Positions 29,715 through 40,712 are shown, numbered from the stretch's first letter. The stretch: 64,000 nucleotides of DNA from Candidatus Latescibacterota bacterium (GCA_965219455.1 OZ244744.1:5600001-5664000), one strand, 5' to 3'. Notes: generated by a model from the sequence alone, not told the origin. Program-made: numbers and translations.

Positions 29715-30962
29715 CTAGTTCACCCAGCCAGACAAGGAGAACGTCTGCATGATGAAACGCTCCGAAGCCCCATGTCTGGCCACGTCACCTCGTCTGCCGA
29801 ACTCAATTACGTAACGGAAACTGCCCACGCCGCGGGTTTCGAAGGGCAGTGAAATACCGAGACTCACGCCAGTCTCGCCAATCTGCGAGTCTCCGGCAGT
29901 CTTGAAATAAAGCGACCGATAGTAAGCTCCTGCCGTCAATTCGATCCGTCTGCGCGTACTGCGGATATCCGGATCGCCCGTTCTGTATAGGATGCCGCCT
30001 GCCAGGTCGGTCGTATTGTAGCGGCCTGGTTCCGTTTTTTCCCAGAAAGCCCGTTCGAAATCGAGTGCCGCCAGCCAACGATATCCCGGCCGGTATGCCA
30101 GCCCAACGCCGATGCTGGCCGGCATTTTTACATCCAACTTCGAACGAGTCTCCTCTTCGAACCCTATTTCGGCGAAAAAATTGCGCAAAATGCGTGTCTG
30201 GGTGATGGTGGAGGCAGCCCGTAACGCGGCTCCGAAGAACCACTTCCCACCCCCGGAATATACGGCGCCAAGCGTGGGCTGCGCGCCGCTGTGGGTACGC
30301 ACGAGTCGATCCTCACTGTTTAGAAATTCGGGAATCTGCCGGTTATCGGCATCCGACAAAAAAGACCCCTCGGATCCCTCCGGCCCGCTCGAACCGAAAT
30401 CTTTCGTCCACGTCTCGGTAATGGTCCCGATTGAGATAACACTCAGGTTTCCGCCCAGCAGCCAGCTGCCCCATCTGTGTGCGAGCCCAAAAGTAAACGC
30501 CTGAATGCCGCCGGTTGCGTTGACCCGCAACGTGTAGGGAACCGCAGAGGTACTTTCGGCTCTGACAAGGTCGAAATCCAGGTCCGTTAACGGCTCCAGG
30601 CCCACGCCAAGGACCGTACCGTTCCGAATGGGCAACACGACCTGGAATGCGCCGATATCCCCGTCGGAGACCACGTGCCGGCTCCGCCCGTCATTAAGGG
30701 AACGGCGTTGCACAAAGAAGCGACTCTGCACGGCGGCGCGCGAAAATGCAGCCAGCAGCGCAGGATTTGCCGAACTGAAATTCTGGCTGTCGGCAAGCGC
30801 ACGCCCGGCGCCCCCCATGCCCCTCGCCCGCACGTCAACACGGCGTTCGGAATCTCCGACGCCATTGAAGGAGAAGATGGATTTCGCCAGGGGCGAATCC
30901 ACCCAGGCGCCGAGAACGAGAAAACAGATCAACTTAACTGAAACAATACCGAATGGGTTCAC
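29715..30962 (-). CDS. Outer-membrane beta-barrel protein (FadL/TodX-like)
   Basis: Signal peptide; SIFSFNGVG..RARGMGGAG..ANPALL N-terminal plug motif; alternating beta strands. Confidence 0.7.
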   Translation of the reverse strand: MNPFGIVSVKLICFLVLGAWVDSPLAKSIFSFNGVGDSERRVDVRARGMGGAGRALADSQNFSSANPALLAAFSRAAVQSRFFVQRRSLNDGRSRHVVSDGDIGAFQVVLPIRNGTVLGVGLEPLTDLDFDLVRAESTSAVPYTLRVNATGGIQAFTFGLAHRWGSWLLGGNLSVISIGTITETWTKDFGSSGPEGSEGSFLSDADNRQIPEFLNSEDRLVRTHSGAQPTLGAVYSGGGKWFFGAALRAASTITQTRILRNFFAEIGFEEETRSKLDVKMPASIGVGLAYRPGYRWLAALDFERAFWEKTEPGRYNTTDLAGGILYRTGDPDIRSTRRRIELTAGAYYRSLYFKTAGDSQIGETGVSLGISLPFETRGVGSFRYVIEFGRRGDVARHGASERFIMQTFSLSGWVN

Positions 30963-30986
30963 ACGCTTCCTCGAGAAGACACGTTG

Positions 30987-32156
30987 CTATGGATCGGGTG
31001 GGGTTGAATAGATCAACCTCAACATTGGATTGTGGAATACGACCCAGTTAACGTTCCAGTTTTGGATGTCGGTTACCGGCGTGGTCAGCGCGAGGCCGAG
31101 ATTACGCTTCGTCCCGGAGATCCAGCCCTGGACAAGGGTCTGGTCCAGGACGTAAGTCGCCACCTGCTCGTCGAACCGCCATGTGTTGACCTGGGAGAAC
31201 GTCGTGTCTCCCGTAGCCGCGTTGATGTTGATCCGTTCGACTGAAAACGTAAACTCACCAAACATCGATCGCGACCGATCATGGTTCAGCCGCAACTCCG
31301 AAGACGTAACCGTCGCCCCCGTTGGAATGCTATCGGGCAGATCGAAGCGAAACACGGGGCTTAGACGAACGGTTGTTGCGAGCACCAGCATCCCGGGATC
31401 GGGCCCGTCCCTCGCCGCCCAGTACGTATCTTCCGATACATCCGCGACATGCGTGTATGTGGTGCCGCCGAAGGAAGTTGTCAAAACCAATTTCGGCAGC
31501 TTGTTGACGTTTTCAGGCAGTGCGCCGTGCCGGGACACCAGACTCGAGAAAAACCGGGCGCCACCGGCAGGCTGCAACAGCACGTCGACCGTTGTGCTGT
31601 CAGGATTCTCCCGCACGGCCGACGATACGTACCCTGCCGGAAGATCGATCTGAATCAGGCTGTCGCCAAGGGACGTCGCGGTCGCCCCTTCGATTACGGA
31701 TGACGCAAAATCCACCGCGGTGTGTCTGAGTGTATCCACGAACTCATCCGCCTCATTCCACGCCTGTTCCGGACGGAGTACCTGCAGGTCTTCCGATCCA
31801 TTGGTGGACAAACGTTTCCAGATCCGTATTTGAGCGGAAAGATCGTCCATGTCGGCCCCTCCTGAGCCGCCTGCCGCCAACAAAAGGGAATCGACATCCA
31901 ACCGGAACCGCAATAGCGAGCGGAACACGAGACCGCTTACCCGACCGACCATCAGTTGTTCGTCTTCACCAAATCCCCGGCTGAAAGTACCCTCGAACCG
32001 GGTCGAGCCACCTCTGGACGGCAGAAGCGGAAGTTCCACTACACGGCCCTGTCCACGGGTAACCAGACCGGATCCGACCGGATTCTCCTGTCTATTGCCG
32101 CAGCCTGACAACAGCACCGCAATCAGCATTGTCGTCCAGAGTGGCTGGCGACCCAT
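30987..32156 (-). CDS. Hypothetical lipoprotein
   Basis: Lipobox LLSGC followed by ENPVGSGL; beta-rich, RSLLRF motif. Confidence 0.65.
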   Translation of the reverse strand: MGRQPLWTTMLIAVLLSGCGNRQENPVGSGLVTRGQGRVVELPLLPSRGGSTRFEGTFSRGFGEDEQLMVGRVSGLVFRSLLRFRLDVDSLLLAAGGSGGADMDDLSAQIRIWKRLSTNGSEDLQVLRPEQAWNEADEFVDTLRHTAVDFASSVIEGATATSLGDSLIQIDLPAGYVSSAVRENPDSTTVDVLLQPAGGARFFSSLVSRHGALPENVNKLPKLVLTTSFGGTTYTHVADVSEDTYWAARDGPDPGMLVLATTVRLSPVFRFDLPDSIPTGATVTSSELRLNHDRSRSMFGEFTFSVERININAATGDTTFSQVNTWRFDEQVATYVLDQTLVQGWISGTKRNLGLALTTPVTDIQNWNVNWVVFHNPMLRLIYSTPPDP

Positions 32157-32462
32157 ATTTGCGTACCCCGCTATTTGACACTTCCCGAAAAACGCTGTTC
32201 TCTTCATCCTGTAACGCTCGATTCAATGAATCGTTCCTGCCCGAATGTTCCCGGTATTCGCTGCCTCGTATATCGGTTCCCGTCCTGATGCGATCGCCTT
32301 TGAATCTGGTACCATCGACCTGGATTTCGAAACACCATCCTTGCTGCCGATTCGATAGACGCCGGCCATACCCTCATTATACCTCGAAATCCAGCTCGAA
32401 TTGCCGGCGGCACGGCGCATTTTCCTCGCGTACAATCCGTATGATTCCGCCACGACCGGGAA

Positions 32463-32990
32463 TCAATGGATCCGTTCGATCAAAATGTCGGCCTGCTGCT
32501 CACCCGAGGCAATCGGATTCTTCACGCACGCACCCTCCATATCCCCGGGTTGTGGGCCTACGTAACCATCCCGGTCGATTTTGGCTACCAAATACATCTC
32601 GGGGATCTCCGCGAGCACGATTCCGTCTCCAAACATCGTTGCGACGTCGGCTTGAGTGAGGGTATACTCATACGGAAGCGTGGGCATGGGGATGCGTTTC
32701 AGGGCGTACGGCGCGCCTCCGTCGGCCCTCTCTCGCGCAATGATAAACAAATAAGCGCCCCGCGGGATCCTGGAGTACAACTCCCGCTTGACCCGAATGG
32801 TGCCGCGTACGGTTTTGTCGCCGCGTTCTTCAGTTGCCCTTCGGTCCGTCGCGACGGGAGGATGCCCCGCCGGCAGGGTGGGACGCTGCGGTTTCGGCGG
32901 CGGGTGCGCGCCCTCCCTGTAGTGCTGATCGCAAGCGCAAACAAGCAGCAGCCCTGCCATAGTAATCAGGAAACGTGGGGTAAACATCAT
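32463..32990 (-). CDS. Lipoprotein with CycH/CcmI C-terminal Ig-like domain
   Basis: Lipobox-like LVCAC, LPAGHPPV linker, LFIIAR..GGAPYALKR..LPYEYTLT. Confidence 0.6.
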   Translation of the reverse strand: MMFTPRFLITMAGLLLVCACDQHYREGAHPPPKPQRPTLPAGHPPVATDRRATEERGDKTVRGTIRVKRELYSRIPRGAYLFIIARERADGGAPYALKRIPMPTLPYEYTLTQADVATMFGDGIVLAEIPEMYLVAKIDRDGYVGPQPGDMEGACVKNPIASGEQQADILIERIH

Positions 32991-33062
32991 ACGTCTATAT
33001 CGTACAAAAAACGGGCCGGACTCGCACAAGCCGGACCGGAGGCGCCCCATGTAAAATTTATT

Positions 33063-33842
33063 TTAATGGGTGCACTCCCCTTCGAAGATTTCCTCTTCGG
33101 TCATGGTCAGAAGCGCCGGTTCGTGATCGGTGACTGCCACGACATGCTCAAAATGCGCCGAAGGCAATCCATCTCTGGCAGACGCTGTCCATCCGTCGTC
33201 GGCGAGTACGACCTCCGGCCTTCCCAGGTTCACCATCGGCTCAATCGCAATTACGATTCCCCGCCGCAGCCGTGGATTCTTTTCCAGTGGCACATAGTTC
33301 GGCACTGCGGGGTCTTCGTGCAGCCTGCGTCCGATACCGTGCCCCACAAACTGGCGTACAACCGAAAAACCGTGCGATTCCACCCACTGCTGGATGGACC
33401 CGCAGACGTCCTCCAACCGTCGGCCTTCCCGCGCCCCTTCGATTCCTCTAAACAGAGACTCCCGCGTTACCGTTAGCAACTTCCGAACCTCGGGTGTCAC
33501 TTCGCCTACGGCAAATGAGATCGCCTGGTCTCCGTAATATCCCCTTAACCTGGCGCCTATATCGATGCCGACGAGATCTCCTTCACGCAGTTCCCGGTCT
33601 CCGGGGATCCCATGCACGACCTGTTCGTTGATCGAGATACAGGTGGCCGCAGGATACCCCTGGTATCCCTTAAAGGCCGGAGAAGCGCCGTGGTCGCGAA
33701 TCATTTCCTCCGCGATGCCATCCAGTCTGGACGTTGGGATTCCAGGTCGAACCCACTCCCGAAGGGCCCGATGCGCAAGCCCGACAATTCGACAGGCGTC
33801 CCGGATTCTCTCAAGTTCCCGTTCCGAGCGAAGCGCGATCAA
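33063..33842 (-). CDS. map: Methionine aminopeptidase type I
   Basis: CISINEQVVHGIP, DIG..GYYGD, GHGIG..LHEDP, AIEPM, SAHFEH. Confidence 0.96.
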   Translation of the reverse strand: MIALRSERELERIRDACRIVGLAHRALREWVRPGIPTSRLDGIAEEMIRDHGASPAFKGYQGYPAATCISINEQVVHGIPGDRELREGDLVGIDIGARLRGYYGDQAISFAVGEVTPEVRKLLTVTRESLFRGIEGAREGRRLEDVCGSIQQWVESHGFSVVRQFVGHGIGRRLHEDPAVPNYVPLEKNPRLRRGIVIAIEPMVNLGRPEVVLADDGWTASARDGLPSAHFEHVVAVTDHEPALLTMTEEEIFEGECTH

Positions 33843-33963
33843 TCTGTCACCTGTAACCGACGTGGACGCAGGTAGTGGATCACGTGATGTAATTTAACAA
33901 AAGGTAGTATAAAAACAAGCACTAAAGGGTACCCATGCGGATGGGCTGTTTCCGACGTGACGA

Positions 33964-36396
33964 TCATGGAAGGCCGAAATAAGCCGCAAATATGAGGAAG
34001 TCATGGAAGTCGACAAGACCTGAACCGTCCAGATCGAATTTCGGGCTCTCCGTGCCAAACGCCCCGGCGAAGGCGATGAAATCAGCAAAATTGACGGCGC
34101 CGTCGTTGTTGAAATCTCCCCTCAATGTCTTGCTAACCGTCCATTTCCGTTCCACCGACTCCTGCCCTGCGGACACGAGGACGGCAACCTCTTCGTCAGC
34201 TTGGGTGTTGGAAACCGCCACGACGAGAGCAGGACCCTTCTCATCCACGGCAACGCCGTTAACCGCCCAGGCGTAACTCAACACATCCCCGTCCGGGTCC
34301 TGAGCCTCCACCGAAAACCGTATCGTCTCCCCCGGCGCGCCAAATACCAGCCGGCGAGGTGGATCGACTTCCCGAATCTCCGGCGGGCGGTCGACGTTCG
34401 TCACGCGAATGCTCACCCTGATGCGTACCAGGTTCATACCGTCGCCGACATGGAATTGAATCTCGTAAGTCCGGTCGCCCTGATCGTATCGAGGTGTCCA
34501 GGAGAAGTGGTTCAGATCCAACTTCGCCCCGGCCGGGAGGTTTGCAGCCGAAAAAACAAGATCGTCGCCATCTTCGTCTTCCGCATTTATGAAAATCGCC
34601 AGTGGCTGCCCTTCTCCTATTGTGGTATCGGCAATGCCGGCGACCACCGGCGGCCGGTTCCCGGTTACAGTCGGACCAAAGACCACCCAGGCGATCGAAG
34701 GCGTCGTGCCTGTCGCCGTGGCGGATACCTCCACAACCGTCGTGCCGTCTCCAACCGCCAGGATTTCGATCGAATCCGCATCCGTTGTAAAGGATGAGAG
34801 GTCGACGTGCCCCGGCACGGTGACCTCCCTATCGCCGTTTGTACGCCTGACTGTCCAGGTGACCGCTGCACCTGCAGCCCCGCCGGCTCGCACCTTCGCC
34901 CGGTCTGCAAATGCAGGGAGGCGCACAACGGGAACCGTTGTGTCGCTTACCTTAAGCCTCAGCGGTCTGGTTTTTCCATCCACCGATTCAACTGTCGATA
35001 TCCTGTAGTCGTAGTCGAAATCCTGACCTTCCAGTGCGTCTGATATGGGCAAGAACACGATATTATCGTAATCCCCCGCATCCGGGATCTCCACCCGGGA
35101 ACCCGCAGGGCGCAAGAGGCCAACCCCATCGGTATCGATCAGCATTGCCCAGAACTGCCAGCCTCCCGCGCCGGCCAGGGTAAAATCGGCTCGCAGGCCG
35201 CCCCGCAGACCCTTCGTCACCACCTGAATGTAGTCCGAAGCCAGGTGATCCACCGTCCCCGACCCGGAAACCTGCCCGCCCACTGTTGGCGCGATTGTCC
35301 TGACCGACGCCGCGGGCTGATAAAAAACGCCCTCTTCGTAAAACCCGTCCCGATAGCGGTTTCCCGTGAAATAGTTCCACGTGACATAACCGGGCAGCGT
35401 CCCCGAAAAACCGCCGGTTGGCATGGCCGGATCCAGTTTCTCGATATCGTACGATACGGAATTTCGCTCCCCCAGTCCCTCCCACGTCTCCCGGATGGTG
35501 CTTCTACCAAAGGCCTGATCCAGGTAATGGACGTACACACACGCTCCGTACTGATGCCCGTCTTGCAAGCCGGGCTGCGAGTCGAGGGAAACGGCGGGCG
35601 CATCCAGAACGAACCGGGTGTACTGGAAATAATCGTTCACATCGTCGTAAGCCACGTCTTCCATCCAGGTCGCCGTGGCTTCGTGCCACCAAGTCAAACT
35701 TTGTGCGTTATAGGCGAATTGTATGGCATGGAAAAACTCGTGCGCGACGGTCACGTGAAGTCCATCCAGCCCGCGCGTCGCATAAATTGGATCGGTGTAG
35801 TTGTTGTCGACAGTCAGATATGCCGCCGTCACGGGATCGCCCCAATTCTCGGGCCAGGTCTGCCCGTACACGCCCTCCGTGCCCAGTTGCCGGATGTAGA
35901 CATCGAACAGACCGTCGCCGTCATCCAGCGGAACCCGGTACCCGAGGTTGTCGATCTGCAGCGCCCAGGCGGCATCGAACGTGCTCGCCACCCCCTCCAC
36001 ATAGTCCGGAACCTGATTCCGGTCGGCGTCAACCAGGGAGACGGCATGCCGTCCTCTTGTATCGTAGTGGACGCGGAAATATTCGCCGGCAGAGACCATG
36101 CTGTCGGTCATCGTGGGCCGTTGAAACAAATGCGCGAACGCTTGATGCGTCTTCTTGCTCAACCTGGGCCACTGGGTGGCCAGCGCCATGATTACGGGTG
36201 TCCCGCAAACCGCGCGATTGTGGCGATAGGCACTGTCCGAGGGCAGTAAATCCGGCCTAAAAATCGCGGCCGCCCGGTTGAAGAGTTCGATCTCCAATTC
36301 GCGCGGCATCGGAGACAAATCGGGCGGCGTCTCGGCATATGCCGCGACCCCGCCCATGAGGATTGAAAGTATGTAGAAACGAGTTGCCCAAGTCAT
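33964..36396 (-). CDS. Secreted zinc metalloprotease (MXAN_6640-like) with Ig/cadherin-like domains and a C-terminal EF-hand/dockerin-like module
   Basis: Signal peptide; VTVAHEFFHAIQ..WWHEATATWMED; NRPP..DEDGDDLVFS repeats; GDFNNDGAVNFADF..DLDGSGLVDFHDF. Confidence 0.85.
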   Translation of the reverse strand: MTWATRFYILSILMGGVAAYAETPPDLSPMPRELEIELFNRAAAIFRPDLLPSDSAYRHNRAVCGTPVIMALATQWPRLSKKTHQAFAHLFQRPTMTDSMVSAGEYFRVHYDTRGRHAVSLVDADRNQVPDYVEGVASTFDAAWALQIDNLGYRVPLDDGDGLFDVYIRQLGTEGVYGQTWPENWGDPVTAAYLTVDNNYTDPIYATRGLDGLHVTVAHEFFHAIQFAYNAQSLTWWHEATATWMEDVAYDDVNDYFQYTRFVLDAPAVSLDSQPGLQDGHQYGACVYVHYLDQAFGRSTIRETWEGLGERNSVSYDIEKLDPAMPTGGFSGTLPGYVTWNYFTGNRYRDGFYEEGVFYQPAASVRTIAPTVGGQVSGSGTVDHLASDYIQVVTKGLRGGLRADFTLAGAGGWQFWAMLIDTDGVGLLRPAGSRVEIPDAGDYDNIVFLPISDALEGQDFDYDYRISTVESVDGKTRPLRLKVSDTTVPVVRLPAFADRAKVRAGGAAGAAVTWTVRRTNGDREVTVPGHVDLSSFTTDADSIEILAVGDGTTVVEVSATATGTTPSIAWVVFGPTVTGNRPPVVAGIADTTIGEGQPLAIFINAEDEDGDDLVFSAANLPAGAKLDLNHFSWTPRYDQGDRTYEIQFHVGDGMNLVRIRVSIRVTNVDRPPEIREVDPPRRLVFGAPGETIRFSVEAQDPDGDVLSYAWAVNGVAVDEKGPALVVAVSNTQADEEVAVLVSAGQESVERKWTVSKTLRGDFNNDGAVNFADFIAFAGAFGTESPKFDLDGSGLVDFHDFLIFAAYFGLP

Positions 36397-36458
36397 CGGG
36401 AATTCGCCCTATGCCCACCGGCACATGGCGGCCCGGCGATGGCGCTGCAACGGCGGAA

Positions 36459-37136
36459 TCAGTTACCTTGTTCCGTGACGGTCACGTAAATACTATCCGA
36501 CACGTTGACGCCCACCACGTGTTGCGCATTTCCTTCCATTGCAATGGTCACCGGGCCGTTAAACGGCGCCTTCTCCTGAACAACCAGTGTCACGCCCGGC
36601 CGTAATCCCAATGCGCCCAAATACCTGAGCATCTCCGGGCTCTGGTCGTTCACCTGAGCGATCACCACCGTCTCCCCGGGCTTCACCTGGGTCAGGCGCA
36701 CGCAATCCGTATTCTCTATATTTCCATCTTTCGTTGGAATCGGCGCGCCGTGCGGGTCGGTGGTGGGATGTCCCAGCACTCTGTCGATCTTGTCCTCGAA
36801 TTCTTCCGAAATAACGTGCTCCAGTCTGTCTGCCTCAGCGTCGACTTCATCCCAGTCGTAGCCCAGTGCGTCAGCGAGGTACAGTTCGAGCAGTCGGTGA
36901 TGTCTTAAGACTTCCAGGGCAACGGCTTCTCCCGCCGGCGTGAGTTCGACGCCCTGGTATGGCGTGTGCTGAACCAGGTTCATTTCGGCAAGCTTCTTGA
37001 TCATATTTGTCGCCGAAGCTGCTGCCACCTCCATCCGCTCCGCAACCAGCGATGTATTCACGGTGGACCGGGGTTCATGCCCGTGCTGCAGCTTGTAGAT
37101 GGACTTCAGATAGTCCTGCGCGGCCTGACTAAGCAT
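36459..37136 (-). CDS. DtxR/MntR-family metal-dependent regulator with FeoA/SH3 domain
   Basis: QDYLKSIY, LRHHRLLELYL, EADRLEH, DPHGAPIP. Confidence 0.92.
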   Translation of the reverse strand: MLSQAAQDYLKSIYKLQHGHEPRSTVNTSLVAERMEVAAASATNMIKKLAEMNLVQHTPYQGVELTPAGEAVALEVLRHHRLLELYLADALGYDWDEVDAEADRLEHVISEEFEDKIDRVLGHPTTDPHGAPIPTKDGNIENTDCVRLTQVKPGETVVIAQVNDQSPEMLRYLGALGLRPGVTLVVQEKAPFNGPVTIAMEGNAQHVVGVNVSDSIYVTVTEQGN

Positions 37137-37246
37137 GGTTTTCCTTTCGCTGGTGATCCTGCGCTGATACCGGGAATCGGGTGGCAACACCGGCATCGAT
37201 GTCGAAGAACCACTTTAAGAAAAAACAACCGAGGCCTGAACTTGCC

Positions 37247-38683
37247 TCACCCGGATACCAACCGCCAAATCTGTGCCACGAGAAAACAGAGCAGGAAACC
37301 CATTGCGACGGGAAGAAGGGACGAAACGGACGTCCACTTCGCGCTTCTCGTTTCCTTCCAGATCGTATATATCGTGGTTGAACACGGGTTATGCACCAGA
37401 CTGAACAGCATTAAATTGACCGCGGTGAGCAGATTCCAGCCGCCGGACGCGAAGATCTGGGCTACGGCCGCATCTGAATCCAGTTCAAACATGACGCCGG
37501 CGCCTTCACCCAGCCCGATCAATCCGGCGCTCAATACCGTCAACATTAAAATGGTGGGGATCACGATTTCGTTCGCCGGGATTGCAATTACGTAGGCCAG
37601 CAGAATCACGCCGTTCAGTCCGACAAGCAGACCAAAAGGCTGGCTCCAGTCCATAAAATGCTCCGCCAGGCTGAGCCGGCCAATCAGGATATTGGTACTC
37701 AGCCAGATCACCGCGCCAGCGGGAACCGCAAAGATCACGGCGCGCCAGAGCACAATCAGCGTTCTGTCGATGATGGATGTATAAACGGTCTGTAACACGC
37801 GGGGCGGCCGATACGGCGGCAGTTCCAGGCTGAACGCGGATGCTTCTCCACGCAGAACCGTACGGGAGAGCCCCCACGAGACAACAAAGGAGAGCAGTAT
37901 GCCAAGAACCGCGACACCCACGACTGCTCCGGCCGAAACCAAACCCGCGAAATGAGCAGGCGCCAGACCTCCGATAAATATCGTGGCCACCAGTATCTGC
38001 GTGGGCCACCGTCCGTTGCAGAGAGCGAAGTTATTGGTAATAATTGCAATCAGGCGTTCTCGCGGACTATCGATGACCCGGGTGGACACAATTGCCGCCG
38101 CATTGCAACCGAATCCCATACTCATCGTCAACGCCTGTTTTCCATGGGCCCCCGCCTTCTTGAACCACTGGTCCAGATTGAACGCCACCCTGGGTAGATA
38201 GCCGAAATCCTCAAGCAGTGTAAACAACGGAAAAAAAATCGCCATGGGCGGCAACATCACACTGACCACCCATGCCATCGCCAGGTACATGCCGTCTATC
38301 AGAAGCCCGTCGAGCCACCACGGCATTCCAATTGCCGCGGCCATCGATTTCAACATCGGGTGAACGGAATCTATCAGCAGGCCCGCCAGCATCGCGGAAG
38401 GCACATTGGCGCCCTCAATGGTAAGCCAGAACACCAGTGTCAGGATTGCCAACATGATGGGGAAACCCAGCCAGCGGCTGGTTACGAGGCGGTCGATCGT
38501 CCGGTCCAGATCGAACCGGGCCGCGTCCCCGGTCCGGGTGACGGCACGGTCGGCAATCTGGGACGCGTTGGCATAGATCGTTTCCATTAACGAATCATGG
38601 AAATTGGACCCCACCTCCCATCGCAGTTTTGTGGCCAATCGAATCAACTCCTCCGGGCGTTGATTTGCCGTGGGATCGTTCAT
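37247..38683 (-). CDS. FeoB membrane domain (Gate/nucleoside-recognition) as a separate protein
   Basis: [37 protein letters not shown]; ATG overlaps the upstream TGA, SD GAGGAG. Confidence 0.88.
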   Translation of the reverse strand: MNDPTANQRPEELIRLATKLRWEVGSNFHDSLMETIYANASQIADRAVTRTGDAARFDLDRTIDRLVTSRWLGFPIMLAILTLVFWLTIEGANVPSAMLAGLLIDSVHPMLKSMAAAIGMPWWLDGLLIDGMYLAMAWVVSVMLPPMAIFFPLFTLLEDFGYLPRVAFNLDQWFKKAGAHGKQALTMSMGFGCNAAAIVSTRVIDSPRERLIAIITNNFALCNGRWPTQILVATIFIGGLAPAHFAGLVSAGAVVGVAVLGILLSFVVSWGLSRTVLRGEASAFSLELPPYRPPRVLQTVYTSIIDRTLIVLWRAVIFAVPAGAVIWLSTNILIGRLSLAEHFMDWSQPFGLLVGLNGVILLAYVIAIPANEIVIPTILMLTVLSAGLIGLGEGAGVMFELDSDAAVAQIFASGGWNLLTAVNLMLFSLVHNPCSTTIYTIWKETRSAKWTSVSSLLPVAMGFLLCFLVAQIWRLVSG

Positions 38684-39489
38684 GCAATCATCTCCTCTTC
38701 CTGCGCCGGGATTCGGTTCAGATCCCCCAGTTCTCCCGAACACACCGCCTCTACAATTCGCGTGTCGCCTTCGAGCAGCCGAAGCGCCACCCACCGGGCA
38801 TTCGGTACGTTGGGAAATGCCGCCTCCAGCTGCGCAACGAGCTTGCCAACGGCCTGCTTCAACGCCGGCGGCTCGTTGCGGATGCGCTGCGGCCTGCAGA
38901 CCGTGCGGCCGGTAGCCACATCACTCAAAACCCGCGTCAACTCCGGAATGCCCTCCCCGCGACGGGCCGCCGCAGGTACCACGGGAACGCCAAGATCTCG
39001 TGCCAGTCGTCGTTCGTCCACAGAAAGCCCATAACGTTTGGCCTCGTCCATCAGATTCAGACACACCACCGCCCGGTCGGTTATTTCCAGTACCTGCAGG
39101 ACGAGGTTCAGATTCCGCTCCAGACGCGCAGCGTCCACCACGACCACCGTGACGTCGGGCCGTCCGAAAAGGATAAAATCCCGCGCCACTTCTTCGTCCA
39201 GACTGGTGGACAAGAGAGAATAGGTTCCGGGAAGATCCATGAGCTTATACCGGTGGCCGTCGAATTCGAATCCGCCTTCCGCCCGCACCACCGTCTTGCC
39301 GGGCCAGTTACCGGTATGCTGCCGTAATCCCGTCAGGGCATTGAATACCGTACTTTTCCCTGTATTCGGATTTCCGGCCAGCGCCACCACAAAATCCCAA
39401 TTCGCCATATTCACGCCGAGTTTGATCAGGTTGCCCGAATGATGGGCAGGGCAAGCGTCGCAGCCTCCGGCAGATGTCTGTGTTTCCAT
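38680..39489 (-). CDS. FeoB small GTPase domain as a separate protein
   Basis: G1 GNPNTGKS, G2 NWPGKTV, G3 DLPG, G4 NLMDE; N-terminal CDACPAHH; SD GGAGGAGG. Confidence 0.9.
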   Translation of the reverse strand: METQTSAGGCDACPAHHSGNLIKLGVNMANWDFVVALAGNPNTGKSTVFNALTGLRQHTGNWPGKTVVRAEGGFEFDGHRYKLMDLPGTYSLLSTSLDEEVARDFILFGRPDVTVVVVDAARLERNLNLVLQVLEITDRAVVCLNLMDEAKRYGLSVDERRLARDLGVPVVPAAARRGEGIPELTRVLSDVATGRTVCRPQRIRNEPPALKQAVGKLVAQLEAAFPNVPNARWVALRLLEGDTRIVEAVCSGELGDLNRIPAQEEEMIA

Positions 39490-39542
39490 TTTAAACGCCT
39501 CCTCCCTATCCTGTATGTTCGAGAACTGAAGATGACGGCCCC

Positions 39543-40568
39543 TCACTCCCCGAGTTGAACTTGAATCTGTACGTGACTTGCCTGTTCCTTTCGAAGCGCA
39601 ATGGTGGAGCCGCGTATTCGATATGCAGTGGGATCGCCGGAAGGGCTGCGCATCTCTACCTCGACCAGGGTACCCGGAAGGATACCCAGATCCATCAGCC
39701 GGCGCCGCTCCAGCCCGCGGCAGGATCTGGAGAGTTGCACGACCTGGCCAATTTCGCCCTGTTTGAGGCCGGACAGCAGTTCGTCGGACGCTTCGCCCTC
39801 CGCTCCGTCCGATACCGCCGTGACCGAAATATGGTCGGCCAGCAACGGGGCCAGTACATGTTCCTCTCCATCCGCCCAGAAACGCACGCGCTGAGGCAGG
39901 ACCTCGATCAGCTCGATCCGCATCCCCACGTGCAGACCTTCCGCCGCCAACTGCGCATAAACCGGTTCCGGTTCGTCTTCGATATGCACAATCACCGCGG
40001 CAACTCCAACAGTGTGTTCTGTCAGATGCGTTCCCCGGTTGGGAGCGATATCTCCGGCCTCGGTGGGAATCGGATCCCCGTGCGGGTCGTAAACGGGATA
40101 CCCCATCTGCCGGTCCAGCAGTTCGACTTCCTCGGAAGACATATCGTGCTCCCGACGTTCCGCCTCGCTGTGCCATTCCGCCTCCGCCACCCCGGTCTCT
40201 TCCGCCAGATAGTGTTCCCAAAGCCGGTGAAATCGCAGTATGCGAAGCGCATAATCCCGACCCTTCGTTGTAAGCCTGACACTGCCGCCGTCGGAAGCGG
40301 TCAGTCCACGGGCGCCCGCACGTATCAGCAAGTCAGACGCGCGGCTGCGTGGAATCCCCAGCACACCCGACAGGCTCTCCACCGTTGCGATCTGTTGTTG
40401 ATATGCGCAGTTATAGATATGCTTGAGCAAATCTTCCGTAAGTACGCGCTCGGTCAGTCGTCGGGCCTGCCGCCAGCACCAGAAATAACCCGAGTCCGGC
40501 CTGAACAGAAACCACGCAATTGCCAGAACGACGCCTGCGCCCAGCAGCGCCTGAAGGGGTTCAATCAT
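39543..40568 (-). CDS. Membrane-anchored DtxR-family regulator fused to two FeoA domains
   Basis: N-terminal TM helix, EDLLKHIY, HRLWEHYL, EAERREH, DPHGDPIP, then SH3-like FeoA x2 (RRRLMDLGILPG..GDPTAYRIRGSTIALRKEQA). Confidence 0.88.
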   Translation of the reverse strand: MIEPLQALLGAGVVLAIAWFLFRPDSGYFWCWRQARRLTERVLTEDLLKHIYNCAYQQQIATVESLSGVLGIPRSRASDLLIRAGARGLTASDGGSVRLTTKGRDYALRILRFHRLWEHYLAEETGVAEAEWHSEAERREHDMSSEEVELLDRQMGYPVYDPHGDPIPTEAGDIAPNRGTHLTEHTVGVAAVIVHIEDEPEPVYAQLAAEGLHVGMRIELIEVLPQRVRFWADGEEHVLAPLLADHISVTAVSDGAEGEASDELLSGLKQGEIGQVVQLSRSCRGLERRRLMDLGILPGTLVEVEMRSPSGDPTAYRIRGSTIALRKEQASHVQIQVQLGE

Positions 40569-40612
40569 TCCATTTTCCTCTTACCGCGAATTATTTTATA
40601 GATATAAAAAAT

Positions 40613-40657
40613 TATTTAGCTGCGTCTAAATATAAGACAATAAATCGCCGTTGTCAA
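40613..40657 (-). promoter_or_regulatory. Promoter with an overlapping DtxR/MntR-type operator
   Basis: TTGACA(40657-40652)-17-TATATT(40634-40629); palindrome TATTTAG-N6-CTAAATA at 40613-40632. Confidence 0.75.
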
Positions 40658-40712
40658 GAAACAACGTCTCTGGCAGGGCCGGTGGGTTGGATTGACTTTG
40701 TACGCCGTTTTC

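Noticed and set aside
37247-39489. Split feoB as a frameshifted pseudogene
   Set aside because: The halves are joined by an ATGA stop/start overlap with a well-spaced GAGGAG SD and both keep their motifs, which fits a genuine two-gene design
39490-40221. N-terminal half of the 513-aa ORF 38680-40221
   Set aside because: Alternate-frame overlap with the DtxR-FeoA gene; the real start is ATG 39489 with GGAGGAGG
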